Virus record (IMG/VR): IMGVR_UViG_3300029220_000234
Coordinates: 1 to 64,000 of that record
Direction: 5' to 3' (one strand)
Source: a virus
DNA: 64,000 nucleotides
In this document: positions 28,449 through 37,190 of the stretch, piece after piece
How positions within the stretch are numbered: the stretch's first letter is position 1
How the letters are laid out: each line of letters begins with the position of its first letter
Translations under genes and position numbers: made by a program
Notes under the pieces: generated by a model
The model's input: the letters and a program-made list of their open reading frames with translations, nothing else
Database searches by the model: none
Told to the model about the DNA's origin: nothing

Positions 28449-29231
28449 ATGAAACTGATTGAATATCCCACGATGAACGCGGATATGTATTCACGCGTTA
28501 CATCAAATTATTCGTACTCTCCTTTTGAGTGTGTTACAACACCGTGGAGAAGCTATCCAAGCACACCTATTAAAGTACCTCATCCCGATACATGTCCATG
28601 CTGCAATAAAGTAATGTCGGATGATTTGAGCCCGGTAATGGCAATTAACAACATCAACATCGGAGAAGAAAAATACGAAAAATGCAAAGTAGTATCAGTT
28701 TATAGATGTGCATCGTGTAATTCGCTATTTGCAATTTGGAGTGAACATAAAGCAATCGAGCAAGACGAAACAACATTGGAAAATTTATCATATACATGCA
28801 AAATACTTGCCATGTTTCCTTTTGAAAAAGTTACAGTATTTACTCAAAACATTACCAATTTGTCTGCGGAATTTGTATCTGTATTTAATCAAACTGAAAT
28901 CGCAGAAGCGCAAAATTTGAATGATATTTGTGGTATGGGGTACAGGAGAGCATTAGAGTTTTTGGTGGATGCTTACATACGGAAAAATAGACCCGCAGAA
29001 ACCATTGATGCGAGCCTCCCTCTCAGCAAAAAAATACGCGATTATATCGATAACGAGCAAATTAAAACATTAGCACAAAAATCGGCGTGGCTTGGAAATG
29101 ATGCTACGCACATTGTAAACAATCATCCAGATAGAAGTGTAAAAGATGTCAAAAAATTTATAAAAGCTATAACAGCAATAATTGATGCCGAATTTGCTTG
29201 TGAAGACGCAAGTACCATAGAAAGGAATTGA
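28449..29231 (+). CDS. Cys-rich N-terminal domain plus a DUF4145-like C-terminal domain
   Basis: Start after GAGAGGAGAAAAAGCA. C-terminus ...ICGMGYRRALEFLVDAYI...AWLGNDATH resembles DUF4145, a domain common in defence-associated proteins. Confidence 0.45.
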   Translation: MKLIEYPTMNADMYSRVTSNYSYSPFECVTTPWRSYPSTPIKVPHPDTCPCCNKVMSDDLSPVMAINNINIGEEKYEKCKVVSVYRCASCNSLFAIWSEHKAIEQDETTLENLSYTCKILAMFPFEKVTVFTQNITNLSAEFVSVFNQTEIAEAQNLNDICGMGYRRALEFLVDAYIRKNRPAETIDASLPLSKKIRDYIDNEQIKTLAQKSAWLGNDATHIVNNHPDRSVKDVKKFIKAITAIIDAEFACEDASTIERN

Positions 29232-29237
29232 ACAACA

Positions 29238-30374
29238 ATGAAAATCACAGAAACGAAAATCAAGGTATCTGACCTTGTCGAGAACTACAAGGACAATGGT
29301 GATGGCGGAGTCTTTGGCTACAACGACCGCCTTACGATTCGCCCGTCTTTCCAGCGCGAGTTCATTTATGGAGAAAAACAGCGTGCAGCCGTCATCGATT
29401 CCGTAATGAACGGATTCCCTCTGAACGTCATGTACTGGTCTAAGACCGGGACTGACACATACGAGGTTCTTGATGGGCAGCAGCGTACCGTCTCTATTGC
29501 TCAGTACATCAACAAGGATTTTCCTATCAAAATCAATGGCAACGATAAGTTCTTCCAAAACTTGACCAACGAGGAAAAGCAGACAATTCTGGACTATGAA
29601 CTGACGGTTTATGTCTGCGAAGGTACTGAGGCAGAGAAGCTGGAATGGTTTAAGCGCATCAACATCGCTGGTGAAGTTCTGACTCCGCAGGAACTGCTGA
29701 ATGCTACTTATACAGGACCGTGGCTGGCCGATGCCAAGAACTACTTCTCGAAACGCAACTGTGTTGCTGCGAAGATGGCTGACGGATACCTGAAAGGCAA
29801 CCCGATTCGGCAGGAGTTGCTGGAAAAGGCACTGGCGTGGATTGCTGACCGTGACGGTCTGGAATCCGGGCAGATGTACATGGCGGTTCACCAGCATGAC
29901 GAGGACGCCAATGACCTCTGGCTTTACTTCCAGTCTGTCATCAACTGGGCGAAGATGTTGTTCCCGACGAAGCGGAAGGGAATTACTGATACGCAAGCAT
30001 GGGGTTTGCTCTATAACCAGTATCATACTAAGCAGTACAACAGCAACGCTCTGGAAGCTGATATCAAGAAACTCGTGCTGGATGATGATGTAACCAAGAA
30101 GGCAGGCATCATCCCGTTCATCCTCTCTGACCGTACTTGGCGTGACGAAAAGCATTTGTCCCTGCGTGCGTTTACCGAGTCTCAGAAGCTCCGTGCCTAC
30201 GAGCGGCAGGGTCACAAGTGTCCGCTGTGCGTTGCGAACGGCATCAACACCGAGTATGCCTATGAGGATATGGAAGGTGACCACATCATTCCTTGGAGCA
30301 AGGGCGGACATACCACGGATGACAATTTGCAGATGCTGTGCAAGAAGTGCAATTCGGCGAAGGCGGATAAGTAA
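29238..30374 (+). CDS. DUF262 (ParB/GmrSD-N-like, DGQQR motif) fused to an HNH endonuclease
   Basis: N-terminal FQREFIY...VLDGQQRTVSI. C-terminal CPLC...GDHIIPWSKGGHTTDDNLQMLCKKCNSAK HNH motif. Confidence 0.75.
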   Translation: MKITETKIKVSDLVENYKDNGDGGVFGYNDRLTIRPSFQREFIYGEKQRAAVIDSVMNGFPLNVMYWSKTGTDTYEVLDGQQRTVSIAQYINKDFPIKINGNDKFFQNLTNEEKQTILDYELTVYVCEGTEAEKLEWFKRINIAGEVLTPQELLNATYTGPWLADAKNYFSKRNCVAAKMADGYLKGNPIRQELLEKALAWIADRDGLESGQMYMAVHQHDEDANDLWLYFQSVINWAKMLFPTKRKGITDTQAWGLLYNQYHTKQYNSNALEADIKKLVLDDDVTKKAGIIPFILSDRTWRDEKHLSLRAFTESQKLRAYERQGHKCPLCVANGINTEYAYEDMEGDHIIPWSKGGHTTDDNLQMLCKKCNSAKADK

Positions 30375-30393
30375 AGTTGATAGGGAGGATGTG

Positions 30394-30855
30394 ATGAAAT
30401 ATCGCTATTTTATGTGCGGCATGTTCACTGGCACAGATGGAAACAGATACGGCATCAGCATCCCGTCTCCGTTCGTGAGAGATTCAGAATCGGAAGCGAT
30501 GAAAGACGAGGTTTTTGGCTATCGGTTCCTGACCATCGATTCGGCAGAGCCTCTGCTGGTCGTCTTTGCAAACGAGCACTTTGAGCCCATGAACAACGAC
30601 AAAATGCAGGTAAGATGCTGGGTAGACAAGAACGTTGTCGGGATTTATACCTTTGAAGAATTCAAAAAAAATGGCGGGTATATTCGACAACTGAAGCCGA
30701 GCAGCAGGGGAAAGTATGTAACTGATGAATCTGACTTTGTTGATGTTGACAAGTCGTTTGCTGATATATTCCCAAACATGGAAAGGCGCAAACTGTGTTA
30801 TATTGACGATGAAGCATACAAGATTAGCGAGGTAGAAGACAATGCTCAATACTAA
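30394..30855 (+). CDS. Hypothetical protein
   Basis: RBS GGGAGGATGTG-ATG. 153 aa. Confidence 0.45.
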   Translation: MKYRYFMCGMFTGTDGNRYGISIPSPFVRDSESEAMKDEVFGYRFLTIDSAEPLLVVFANEHFEPMNNDKMQVRCWVDKNVVGIYTFEEFKKNGGYIRQLKPSSRGKYVTDESDFVDVDKSFADIFPNMERRKLCYIDDEAYKISEVEDNAQY

Positions 30856-31309
30856 GAAAACCACACGCAAGAGCAATCACGGAAGTGAATCAACTTACTC
30901 CGGCTCTGTGACTGCCGTCACATCCAAGACTATTGTGGTCTTCATCCCGGCACTCGATGTCGAGGTGGATGTCCAGCGTAACCCCGACACATCCGCCCAG
31001 AACGGTTCTGTCCCCGAAGTGGGAGATATTGCTACTGTGCAGGTTACTCTCCGAGATGGTGACACTATTACCATTGCCGCCACCTTCGTACCGCAGCAAG
31101 ACATTGGTAAGGATACTTCAACCGATAACGACGATTTACTTTTACCGGATGACGATTGGAATGGCAACACAGCTCACACACAGCGACAATATAGCCACCA
31201 CGCAAACCGGCTCAATCCAAATAATAGTGCGTATACAGCTGCAATGAACAATCATGCAAACCAGTGCAATCCTAACAGCCCCAACTATCGTGGGAATCGA
31301 GGCAAATGA
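30842..31309 (+). CDS. Hypothetical protein with a C-terminal N.HANQ.NPN..NY repeat
   Basis: RBS GAGGTAGAAGACA-ATG. C-terminal Asn/His/Pro-rich tandem motif. Confidence 0.4.
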   Translation: MLNTKKTTRKSNHGSESTYSGSVTAVTSKTIVVFIPALDVEVDVQRNPDTSAQNGSVPEVGDIATVQVTLRDGDTITIAATFVPQQDIGKDTSTDNDDLLLPDDDWNGNTAHTQRQYSHHANRLNPNNSAYTAAMNNHANQCNPNSPNYRGNRGK

Positions 31310-31376
31310 GACCAAAGATTCCGCTAAATAAAAATAGACGACAATAATCAAATAAGATAAAATTGGAGGAAGCCCT

Positions 31377-31733
31377 ATGGTAGTTAAAGGAGAATCTTGT
31401 TTTGTTTCTATGAAATTGAGTATGAAATCCACTGATACTACGAGCGAAGGAATCATTATGCCGGATTTTCTTTGCTCTAGTGCAGACTTTTCACTTCCCT
31501 ACAATCCAGAGATTATCGACAAGTTTGTCTATGACGATAAACTAATTTCTCACATGATTCACGAATTGTATAGTCTCGTGAAGTGTCTTCGTCCTGATAA
31601 ATTGGACGGCAAAGAAAAATGTCTGGTGCTGGATATTGACGTTGATGATGAATTCTATGATTTCTATGATGTATACGTAACTATGAACAAAGACACTTGT
31701 ACCTACAGGGTCGAAGAAGATGATGACTGCTAA
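31377..31733 (+). CDS. Hypothetical acidic protein
   Basis: RBS GGAGGAAGCCCT-ATG. Confidence 0.4.
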   Translation: MVVKGESCFVSMKLSMKSTDTTSEGIIMPDFLCSSADFSLPYNPEIIDKFVYDDKLISHMIHELYSLVKCLRPDKLDGKEKCLVLDIDVDDEFYDFYDVYVTMNKDTCTYRVEEDDDC

Positions 31734-31921
31734 TGTGCTGCGCTCTCTCATCATACGATACAACGTTCTGAATGGCGCTTGTGGCGCTGCTTGAGATTAA
31801 GCTGACAGGTACCGGAGCTTATCTCTAAACCCTTGAAAAAAGAAGTGGAACGCAACAATATAGAAAATTATTAGAATTTTTTGAGAAATCCGACCTAGCC
31901 GGATTCCACGCTACTGGAGCA

Positions 31922-31955
31922 ATTGACCAGTCTTGCGAGCTGCGTAGAATTAAAA
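31922..31955 (+). promoter_or_regulatory. Phage-type promoter (TTGACC ... CTTGCGAGCTGCG ... TAGAATTA)
   Basis: Consensus-like. Upstream of the 31997 gene. Confidence 0.45.
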
Positions 31956-31996
31956 GTGCAAGAAGAAACCCAAAACACACAAAGGAGAATGCCAAC

Positions 31997-32317
31997 ATGT
32001 ACACTTGCACTTTGAAATTCGAAGCAACCGCGTTCCGCGAGGATGACGACAACGAGCTCGAAAGCATCTCTGCTTCCATCAGCGTCCCTGTAAAGGGCGA
32101 AGATGAAGATGTTGGAGAAGCACTTGGCAATGAAAAGCTGATTGTTCACGCCGTTGGAGCTCTGTATGACATCGTCAGCTACCTGCGCCCCAACTGGCTG
32201 GATAACGAAGATACCAGCCTGACTATCAAGGCATTCCTGGACGAAGCCGAGTGCCAGACGCTCAAGGGTCTTGTCGCAATGAAAGAGGGCGGCTATACCT
32301 TCATCCTTGAGGGCTAA
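31997..32317 (+). CDS. Small acidic hypothetical protein (GC3-rich)
   Basis: RBS AAAGGAGAATGCCAAC-ATG. Followed by a terminator. Confidence 0.45.
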   Translation: MYTCTLKFEATAFREDDDNELESISASISVPVKGEDEDVGEALGNEKLIVHAVGALYDIVSYLRPNWLDNEDTSLTIKAFLDEAECQTLKGLVAMKEGGYTFILEG

Positions 32318-32336
32318 GTATCTCAAACAAAAGTAA

Positions 32337-32378
32337 ACCCTGCTCGCAGTAAAATGCGGGCGGGGTCTTTTTTTGTTT
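32337..32378 (+). terminator. Intrinsic terminator
   Basis: CCCTGCTCGCAGTAAAATGCGGGCGGGG followed by TCTTTTTTTG. Confidence 0.5.
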
Positions 32379-32647
32379 GACAAGGTGTGCGAGATGGCTA
32401 TGATGATTATTGTATCAAAGATACCACTTACCTTCATTTTTAACATTCCGCTTTTGCAAGGACAGCCTCATTCCGAGGTTGTCCTTTTTCTTTTGCGTAA
32501 CTCTCCACGGAAACACTTGTCCCCGTGTTTAACATAAATCCGCAAGCTGCTCTAAATTTTGGAACAGCTTAATCAATTCAAATCGTACGAAAGTACGAAA
32601 ACGCTACGCAAACATTCTGCGTAGACTGTAAAAAAGGAGTAATAATT

Positions 32648-32947
32648 ATGAAGTTCGAAAATCTTTACATCCGTGCCACCCGTCATGGCAGCCAGGAACC
32701 CACCGAAATCAACCTTGCGGACGCCCTGAAGCTTCTCGGCATCCTTGACGCAGCCAACATAGCTCACTTTGACCTTGTGGTCAAGGACGAGAACGGCTGC
32801 GAAATCGCCGCCCAGGTCGATGGCGAAGGCGTCCTTTCGGACGGAATCAACATCGAAGGCGTAAACGAAGCTGGTGAACCTACCGGTTTTGCCCACGTCG
32901 CTCTCCCCAGTGAGGATTGCCCTCACATTGTCACCGAAATCCTGTGA
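32648..32947 (+). CDS. Small hypothetical protein (GC-rich). Its frame stays open for 66 more codons beyond the TGA, to 33146
   Basis: RBS AAAAGGAGTAATAATT-ATG. Composition and codon bias differ from neighbouring genes. See the finding on the in-frame TGA. Confidence 0.45.
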   Translation: MKFENLYIRATRHGSQEPTEINLADALKLLGILDAANIAHFDLVVKDENGCEIAAQVDGEGVLSDGINIEGVNEAGEPTGFAHVALPSEDCPHIVTEIL

Positions 32948-33454
32948 GGCGACGGTGACACCGAAGACCTTGACCATCCGGTTCTCGTGCGCGTCCCTGA
33001 CTGCGTGCGTGCCGAAGGGGACAAGAGTCTCCGCAAGGTGTACTTCGACAAGGAAGTTGCGAGTGCAACTGGCTTCAACACGGAGGAAGACCAGTCCAAG
33101 CTCAACGCATCCACCGTGGATGAGTACACCCGCAGCATGAAGAAGTGATTCTTCATGTTTCCCTAAGCATTGCCTTTAAGCTTTGTTTCTAGCTGCAGTA
33201 TGAATCAAGGCTGAATTGGCCCGGCTTGAAAGTCGTTCACCTTTTGGTGAGCGGCTTTTTCTTTTTGCCTGTTTGCGTAGCTGCGCTTTTTTCGTCGCCG
33301 AAACCGTAGGTGGCGGGATGCGTAGCTGCCGACATGGCTTGACCTGATGTGCGAGACTCGTACAATCAGATTTGTACGACAGATATCAAACACAAAATAG
33401 GACAAAATAGGATTTACATTGAGCTGTTCAGTGGCCTTATGGCTGTTGGATAGC

Positions 33455-33488
33455 TTTTTCTTTTGTGCGAGTTGCGTACAATAAAAAC
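33455..33488 (+). promoter_or_regulatory. Phage-type promoter (TTTGTGCGAGTTGCG ... TACAATAA) now feeding into the IscB element
   Basis: Consensus match. The GGAGG at 33492-33496 was probably the original RBS of the lipoprotein gene at 35124. Confidence 0.5.
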
Positions 33489-33504
33489 AAACGGAGGAAA
33501 TTAC

Positions 33505-33810
33505 CGTCAATAACCCACGACTAAAGTCGCGGGCTTGCTCCGGCAAGTCCGCACTTTAGAAGTGTCCGCAAGGATATGTTGACTACCCTTTGCGCATTAA
33601 GTTGCGCCCCGTTATAAGCGAATAGACAGTTACCGTACGGTGTAAATCCTAGCCGTGCGCTCTAAGGCAACACATCACGTAAAGCTGAGGCAAAGCCGAC
33701 AGGTGTGGCTGCATCAAGCCGTTTATAACCTTGGGGAAGGATTTTAACCCTCTTCGGAGGAGCGAGCAGCTTCTTTTTAGCTGCTAATTTACAGAAAGGA
33801 GCATGGCATC
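33505..33810 (+). ncRNA. Putative IscB omega-RNA scaffold
   Basis: 306-nt non-coding, GC-rich, hairpin-dense region between the left end and the iscB RBS (CTTGC-TCCG-GCAAG, CTCTTCGGAG, AGCAGCTTCTTTTTAGCTGCT). This is the position where IscB omega-RNAs are encoded. Confidence 0.5.
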
Positions 33811-35073
33811 ATGCAATATGTGTATGTACTCAACAGGCACGGCGAGCCTATGATGCCGTGCTCACCCGGAAAGGCTCGTTTGCTATTAAAACAGCAAAAA
33901 GCATGCGTTGTAAAGCGCACACCGTTTACAATCAAGCTCCTGTGCGGAAGCGTGGGATACAAACAACCTATCACTTTGGGCGTTGACGCAGGCAGCAAGC
34001 ATGTTGGTTTGTCTGCATCTACCGAGAAGCGCGAACTCTACCGTGAGGAATTTACTCCTCGCAGCGATGTAGCAGAATTGCTTTCTACGCGCAAACAAAA
34101 CCGCCGTTCGAGACGCAACCGTAAGACCCGTTACCGCGCACCGAGATTTGATAATCGCGTCCATAGCAAGCATAAAGGTTGGCTGGCACCTTCGGTTGAG
34201 GTAAAAATTCAAGAGCATATTACCGTCATCAAGCATATCTGCAAAATTTTGCCTATCTCTCTTGTAAGAGTAGAAACAGCAGAGTTTGACACGCAGCGCT
34301 TGAAGGCAATGCTTGCTGGAAAGCCTCTTCCTGTAGGAACAGACTATCAGCTTGGCGAGATGTACGACGAATACAATGTCCGTCAGTATGTCTTGAAGCG
34401 TGACCATTACACTTGTCAATGCTGTGGTGCTCATAATACTGCCGAAAAAGTAGTCAAGCTGCATGTACATCATCTCGAAAGCCGTAAGACTGGCGGCAAC
34501 GCTCCAAGCAACCTTGTTACTTTGTGTACCACATGCCACAAGAACCTTCACAAAGGAAGAGTGACCCTTGACGGCAAGGAACGCGGCAAGCCTCTTCGTG
34601 ATGCTGCTTTCATGGGAATCATGCGCAAAACCTTAATGACACGTTTGAAAGAAGAGCTGCCTATCCCTGTTCAGAGGACTTATGGCTATATCACTAAAAT
34701 GCGCCGTGAGCAAAATGACATCAAGAAGAGTCATACAAACGATGCTCGCTGTATTAGCAAGCATCCACTGGCTGAGCCTTGCAGCGTTTGCTACCGTACA
34801 AAGGCTATCAGACACCATAATCGGCAAACCCATAAAGCAAATTTCTCTAAAGGTGGCTACCGGAAAAGAAGTCAAACACCTTATATCGTTGAAGGCTACC
34901 GCTTGTGGGACAAGGTTCTCTACAAAGGGCAAGAATGCTTTGTATCCGGCCGCCGCTCTTCGGGAAGTTTTGCACTTAAAAAGCTGGATGGTACGAGCAT
35001 CTCTAAAGGCGTGACATTCAAAAAGCTGCGACTTTTAGAGCCCGCAGCAAATTATTTAATTGAAAGGATGTGA
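33811..35073 (+). CDS. iscB: IscB (OMEGA RNA-guided nuclease; RuvC-HNH-RuvC with PLMP N-terminus)
   Basis: PLMP-type N-terminus HGEPMMPCSPGKARLLLKQQKA. RuvC-I ITLGVDAGSKHVGLS. Zn finger DHYTCQCCG. HNH HHLESRKTGGNAPSNLVTLCTTCHKNLH. Arg-rich bridge helix. 420 aa. Confidence 0.85.
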   Translation: MQYVYVLNRHGEPMMPCSPGKARLLLKQQKACVVKRTPFTIKLLCGSVGYKQPITLGVDAGSKHVGLSASTEKRELYREEFTPRSDVAELLSTRKQNRRSRRNRKTRYRAPRFDNRVHSKHKGWLAPSVEVKIQEHITVIKHICKILPISLVRVETAEFDTQRLKAMLAGKPLPVGTDYQLGEMYDEYNVRQYVLKRDHYTCQCCGAHNTAEKVVKLHVHHLESRKTGGNAPSNLVTLCTTCHKNLHKGRVTLDGKERGKPLRDAAFMGIMRKTLMTRLKEELPIPVQRTYGYITKMRREQNDIKKSHTNDARCISKHPLAEPCSVCYRTKAIRHHNRQTHKANFSKGGYRKRSQTPYIVEGYRLWDKVLYKGQECFVSGRRSSGSFALKKLDGTSISKGVTFKKLRLLEPAANYLIERM

Positions 35074-35123
35074 ACGGGCAATTCCTCCCACGACTGAAGT
35101 CGCGGGTCTCCTTGCCCTAATTT

Positions 35124-35531
35124 ATGAAAAGATTTATTGGAACTGCTTTGGCATTATGCTGCCTGGCTTTGCCTTTGGCTGGCTGCAAAGAAGCTGTCGG
35201 CACTGTGACAAGCACCACGATGTCTGAACTCGAAGACATTCCGAGTCAGATATTGGCTACACCGGAAAGCGCTGATACGGAACCGGAATACAATTACATC
35301 CATTTTCGCTACGATAACATCTGGACCGTGTCTGCCCTTGTGAGCTACGAAATTGTGGACAACGGCCAGAACATTAAATTTGAAATCAACGATAGCCGTT
35401 ACCGTGACAAGGTCTTTTATACCAGCATGTCTAATGTGGAACTCGTATACCGAGACAATAACGTTGATTATGGCACAGACTATGCTATTTATCCAGGGAA
35501 TGCTTCGAAATTTGGAAAGGGGAGTAAGTGA
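35124..35531 (+). CDS. Lipoprotein separated from its RBS by the IscB insertion
   Basis: MKRFIGTALALCCLALPLAGC signal peptide plus lipobox. No SD in the 50 nt upstream, which is IS right-end sequence. Confidence 0.55.
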   Translation: MKRFIGTALALCCLALPLAGCKEAVGTVTSTTMSELEDIPSQILATPESADTEPEYNYIHFRYDNIWTVSALVSYEIVDNGQNIKFEINDSRYRDKVFYTSMSNVELVYRDNNVDYGTDYAIYPGNASKFGKGSK

Positions 35532-35532
35532 G

Positions 35533-36009
35533 ATGAGCGTGAAATTCATTGACGGCGATATCCTTTCCAAACGTTCTGAAGACGAACTGACCTACATTTG
35601 CCAGCAGGTGAATTGCCGTGGCGTGATGGGTGCCGGACTCGCTCTGCAAATCCGCTGCAAGTGGCCGGTCGTGTATCGGCGGTATCTGGGACTCTGCTAT
35701 GGCAGCGACGGAAACAAGCTCGGAATGTATCAGGAGGTCCTGGTAGAACCGAATCTGTACATCGTAAACCTGTTTGGCCAGGATGGCTATGGTCGGAGCG
35801 AAAGACAGACGAATTATGCTGCGCTGGCGACTGCACTGTTCTCATTTTTCCGAGACTGTGCTCAAAAGAATCAGAGCGCAATCATCCGGCTGCCATATGG
35901 TTTAGGCTGCGGCCTTGCTGGAGGTGACTGGGACATGGTTCTCGCCATCATCAGCGATGCGGCTAAAGCCTCGGACTTGAATGTCGAAATCTGGAAGCTT
36001 CAAAAGTGA
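35533..36009 (+). CDS. Macro-domain (ADP-ribose binding / hydrolase) protein
   Basis: YICQQVNCRGVMGAGLALQI matches the macro signature (VNAAN..L..GGGV..AI). RBS AAAGGGGAGTAAGTGAG-ATG. Confidence 0.75.
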   Translation: MSVKFIDGDILSKRSEDELTYICQQVNCRGVMGAGLALQIRCKWPVVYRRYLGLCYGSDGNKLGMYQEVLVEPNLYIVNLFGQDGYGRSERQTNYAALATALFSFFRDCAQKNQSAIIRLPYGLGCGLAGGDWDMVLAIISDAAKASDLNVEIWKLQK

Positions 36010-36018
36010 TAGCAAAAA

Positions 36019-36055
36019 AGGCCCTTACCGAAATTTGGTAGGGGTCTTTCCTTTT
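36019..36055 (+). terminator. Intrinsic terminator
   Basis: GGCCCTTACCGAAATTTGGTAGGGGTC followed by TTTCCTTTTTG. Confidence 0.5.
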
Positions 36056-36167
36056 TGTAGGGAGCATAAATATGGATAAATTGCAAACAAATAGTACCTT
36101 CTGTTGCGGGAAAAGCACGATGGTGGGATAATATTATTAGAAAGGCAGCGACAAAACCAGCAGTAAA

Positions 36168-37190
36168 GTGAGTGAAAAACCTATGACGAATACAGAAATG
36201 AAAGCAACCATCCAACGTGAGGAATACAACTTCCTGCGCACCAACAAACACTTGGGTAGCAACATTTTGTTTTTGACGCTTGGCGGCAGCCATGCTTACG
36301 GAACCAACGTTGAAGGCTCTGACATCGATATCCGTGGCGTGGCCGGTTCGCCTGAAATTTTGGGATTCAATCATTTTGAGCAGGCAATCGATAACCAAAC
36401 GGATACCGTCATCTACGCGGTCAACAAATTCGTCAGTTTGCTTGTGCAGGGCAACCCCAACATTATCGAACTTCTTGGCAATGACCCGGAGTTGTACGTT
36501 AATATGACACCGGAAGGCCAAATGCTGCTCGACAACAAAGAGCTATTTTTGACTCGCCGCATTGCCTATAGCTACGGCGGATTTGCGAACGACCAGCTCA
36601 GACGCCTGCAGATGGGCCTTCTTCGGAATGGGACCTCGCCAGAAGCATTTAAGAACAAATTTGAGAAGAGGAGCTTGGAACGGTCGATTGCCGGTTGGGG
36701 TAAGGATGACATTTTTGAAATCTCCATCAGCGAAGATGCGGATGAAGAAGGCAAACATCCGCTCCTGATTTCCGGCAATTTGAACGATTATCCGGTCACC
36801 TCTCTCAAGTCCCTGCTAAAGAGTCTGACTACGACCATCGACCAGTATGAGCAGCCGCAGCATCCGAAAGCACAAAAAGATGCTGCCCACATCAACAAAC
36901 ACGCGATGCACATTGTGCGGCTGTACTACACCGCGTTCGATATCCTGGAAAAGGGCGAAATCATCACTCGCCGGGACAAAGAGCGAGAAGAGCTGTTGGC
37001 GATTCGCAACGGCAAGTACCTGCGTGAAGACGGGTCGTATGCACCGGAATTCTTCGAGTTTGTTGATGCGCTTGAAAAGAGATTTCAGGATGATGCAAGG
37101 AAGACTGCACTTCCTGCGAAACCTGACTTTGGAAAAATTGAGGAGCTTCTGGTGGAAATCAACAAGGAATATTTGCGGCGTATCGTGTAA
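36168..37190 (+). CDS. Pol-beta-fold nucleotidyltransferase
   Basis: LTLGGSHAYGTNVEGSDIDIRGV is the canonical GS...D.D NTase motif. The start is uncertain (GTG at 36168 or ATG at 36183). Confidence 0.6.
   Translation: MSEKPMTNTEMKATIQREEYNFLRTNKHLGSNILFLTLGGSHAYGTNVEGSDIDIRGVAGSPEILGFNHFEQAIDNQTDTVIYAVNKFVSLLVQGNPNIIELLGNDPELYVNMTPEGQMLLDNKELFLTRRIAYSYGGFANDQLRRLQMGLLRNGTSPEAFKNKFEKRSLERSIAGWGKDDIFEISISEDADEEGKHPLLISGNLNDYPVTSLKSLLKSLTTTIDQYEQPQHPKAQKDAAHINKHAMHIVRLYYTAFDILEKGEIITRRDKEREELLAIRNGKYLREDGSYAPEFFEFVDALEKRFQDDARKTALPAKPDFGKIEELLVEINKEYLRRIV

Larger units (their letters stand above)
33505..35123 (+). mobile_element. IS200/IS605-family IscB element (tnpA-less), inserted 3' of TTAC
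   Basis: The left subterminal hairpin CCCACGACTAAAGTCGCGGG (33514-33533) and the right hairpin CCCACGACTGAAGTCGCGGG (35087-35106) are near-identical. The element starts immediately after TTAC (33501-33504) and ends 1 nt before the ATG of the lipoprotein gene. With the element removed, GGAGG-AAATTAC-ATG is restored. Confidence 0.7.

Noticed and set aside
29070-30311. 413-aa minus-strand ORF
   Set aside because: Antisense to the DUF262-HNH gene. Shadow ORF.
33205-33546. 113-aa minus-strand ORF over the promoter and IscB left-end region
   Set aside because: It overlaps a strong + strand promoter and the structured omega-RNA region. No RBS. Likely spurious.
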